DNA of 63,510 nt, the filler included, from Octopus bimaculoides (taxonomy: Eukaryota): the NCBI RefSeq assembly GCF_001194135.2. It is 5 parts of 4 records of this genome, joined end to end, with 100 filler letters (N's around TTAATTAATTAA, not from the genome) between each part and the next. Parts side by side here need not be neighbours in the genome. Positions count along the whole stretch, not along the records: positions 60,689 to 61,799 come from NW_026387343.1; positions 61,900 to 63,510 come from NC_069003.1; 3 more parts are not named here. One strand, given 5' to 3'. The stretch's first letter is position 1, and each line of letters opens with the position of its first letter. The notes under the pieces were generated by a model that was not told the origin of the DNA, made no database searches, and saw only the letters and a program-made list of their open reading frames with translations. A program made the translations under genes and the position numbers. Of this stretch, positions 61,386-63,510 are shown one piece after another.

Positions 61386-61409
61386 ACCACAGCAGAATTG
61401 ATACTGGTG

Positions 61410-61484
61410 CTGGTGCCATGTAGAAAGCACTTGTACTGGTGCCATGTAGAAAGCACTTGTGCTGGTTCCACAGATAAAGCACTC
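61410..61484 (+). repeat. 26-bp tandem repeat CTGGTGCCATGTAGAAAGCACTTGT, about 3 units
   Basis: Units at 61410, 61436 and 61462; a related unit at about 60732. Confidence 0.85.
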
Positions 61485-61979
61485 ACTATACTCTCTAAGG
61501 TGGTGGCATTAGGAAGGGCATCAAACCTTATGGTTTGATCATGCCAGAACAGACAAAGGAGCCTAGCACAGCCCCTGGCCTTACCAGCTCCTGTCAAACC
61601 GTCCAACCCATGCCAGGATCGAAAAACAGACGTTAAATGATGAAGATGATAATGATTTTGAGACATAATTTTGCAGCAAGGCACTATCAGATAGAAAGTG
61701 TGCAAAGGATATTGCACTTTGATATATCTGTTCATTCTTACAGGATTATGGTTGGACAAGAGATAAATCAATGGAATTGGAAAAGTCAGGTAATATTTAN
61801 NNNNNNNNNNNNNNNNNNNNNNNNNNNNNNNNNNNNNNNNNNNTTAATTAATTAANNNNNNNNNNNNNNNNNNNNNNNNNNNNNNNNNNNNNNNNNNNNG
61901 TTGATTTGTTCGGCTAAAACCTTTCAATGTGGTGCTCCAGCATGGCCGTAGTCAAATAACAAGTAAAAGAATAAAAGAA

Positions 61980-62020
<41 letters not shown>

Positions 62021-62024
62021 TATG

Positions 62025-62332
62025 AAAGTGGTTAGGGCATTCGGCTCGCGAGTTCGATTCCCGGCGGCGCGTTGTGGCCTTGAGCAAGACACTTTATTTC
62101 ACGTTGCCCCAGTCCACTCAGCTGGTAAAACTGAGTTGTGCCTGTATATCAAAGAGCCAGCCTTGTCACACTCAGTGTCACGCTGAGTCTCCCTCGGAAG
62201 TATGTGAAGGGGTACTCGTGTCTGTGGAATGCTCAGCCACTTGCACATTAATCTCACGAGCAAACTGTTCCGTTGATCGGATCAACTGGAACCCGGAACC
62301 CACGTCACGTCGTCGTAAGCGACGGAGTGCCA
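62025..62332 (+). mobile_element. tRNA-derived SINE (family C variant)
   Basis: AGTGGTTAGGGC...GAGTTCGATTCCCG head; 3' half colinear with 14700-14880. Confidence 0.85.
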
Positions 62333-62404
62333 TATATACATATATTATATTACATTATATTTACGAGGATATTTTAGCTTGATACATATTTTGACTATAT
62401 TATT

Positions 62405-62456
<52 letters not shown>

Positions 62457-62770
62457 ATAGACTTTTTACTTAGTGGAGGGTGTTGTATATTTGTAGTAGT
62501 TGTAGTAGTAGCAGTTGTTGTTGTTGTTGCTGTTGTTGCCTAAATGCCTGCCTTCTTAAATATTTGCCCGTGTCTAACCGCTGCGGAGTAGATGAAAGAT
62601 GTATTTAGATCTGTGAAGAGAACAACAACTTCTATCCGTCAACAACAGCTGCTTCCGTCCACATACATTATTGTCTATTTAATGTTTTCCAGATACAGAT
62701 CCGCTCTGCCATCAACCGACAAGTGAAGCTTGTCTGTGTGTCGGTAGGAGGGAACAGTCAACGTAAAACA

Positions 62771-63235
62771 GTTAGCTGCTATTTCTAGAAGGTCATGTGA
62801 CTAAGTCGCCTCCAGATTACAAGCCTACTGTCTTTAGTACAGGGCGAACTGGTTTACGTCGACATGGATATAAAGTTCCAAAAGAAAAGAAAACAAGACG
62901 TGGTGGTTATGGATGGAGTGCCTTTCATAGCTACAACTACGTGCTAGAAACAGAAACTGAATCACCTCCAGATAACAAGCCTACTGTCTTTCATTAAAGA
63001 CGCTTTGGCTTATGTCGTCATGGATATGACGTAGAAAAATAGCAAAAGAAAATGTTGAGATGGTCATGGATGGGGCGTCTTTGACAACATACATCAGGCA
63101 GTTATGACGCTTTGGTTTATGTAGTCATAGATGTGACGTACAACAAATGAAAATACAGAGATAGTCATGGTTGGAGGGTCTTTGATCAACTTACAAAAGC
63201 CATATACGCGACTTGCTGGAAATAGCAGCCAACTC
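62771..63235. repeat. Degenerate tandem array of a dispersed repeat family
   Basis: CCTCCAGAT.ACAAGCCTACTGTCTTT at about 62808 and 62965; GACGCTTTGG.TTATGT.GTCAT.GAT.TGACGTA at about 62999 and 63107. Confidence 0.75.
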
Positions 63236-63389
63236 TCTTCCATATCTAAAATAATAAATGCGAAAACTAATTTCTTTGTGTCAGTGTGTCACACTCAAAC
63301 TCCCTCTCACACTATTCAATGACACTCCTACTATTCCTCATGATGGGGTGAGAGAAATAATAGGCATAGAAATGGTGAGGGCGGTGGCG

Positions 63390-63431
<42 letters not shown>

Positions 63432-63440
63432 AATTTAGGG

Positions 63441-63466
63441 AGAGTTGATGTATGTATGTATGTAAG

Positions 63467-63500
<34 letters not shown>

Positions 63501-63510
63501 TGTATGTATG
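63441..63510. repeat. (TATG)n microsatellite
   Basis: Direct reading. Confidence 0.95.

Overview
Eukaryotic, AT-rich, gap-ridden genomic DNA with dozens of N-runs, most of them flanked by microsatellites. The microsatellite load and the tRNA-derived SINE families point to a coleoid cephalopod, probably Octopus (inference from repeat content only). The window is mostly a transposon graveyard. It holds a decayed RepHel Helitron (about 48460-52010, minus) and two further Helitron 3' termini, a Chapaev3-type (CMC) transposase fragment, and two oppositely oriented mariner fragments. It also holds an L1/Tx1-clade LINE (about 54555-58490, minus), an isolated stop-free L1/Tx1-type ORF1 (39897-40706), three R4/Dong-like (RLE) LINE pieces, RTE and CR1-group 3' ends, many SINEs and several foldback elements. 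I could not identify any host protein-coding gene by homology; a few splice-site-bounded candidate exons are reported at low confidence. The most notable observations are a hammerhead-ribozyme-like motif at 53875-53920, a Dong-like LINE inside a (TAA)n tract, an ORF1-only (HAL1-like) candidate and two adjacent long inverted repeats. No CRISPR array, rRNA gene or bona fide tRNA gene is supported. TE boundaries are approximate and were read by eye.
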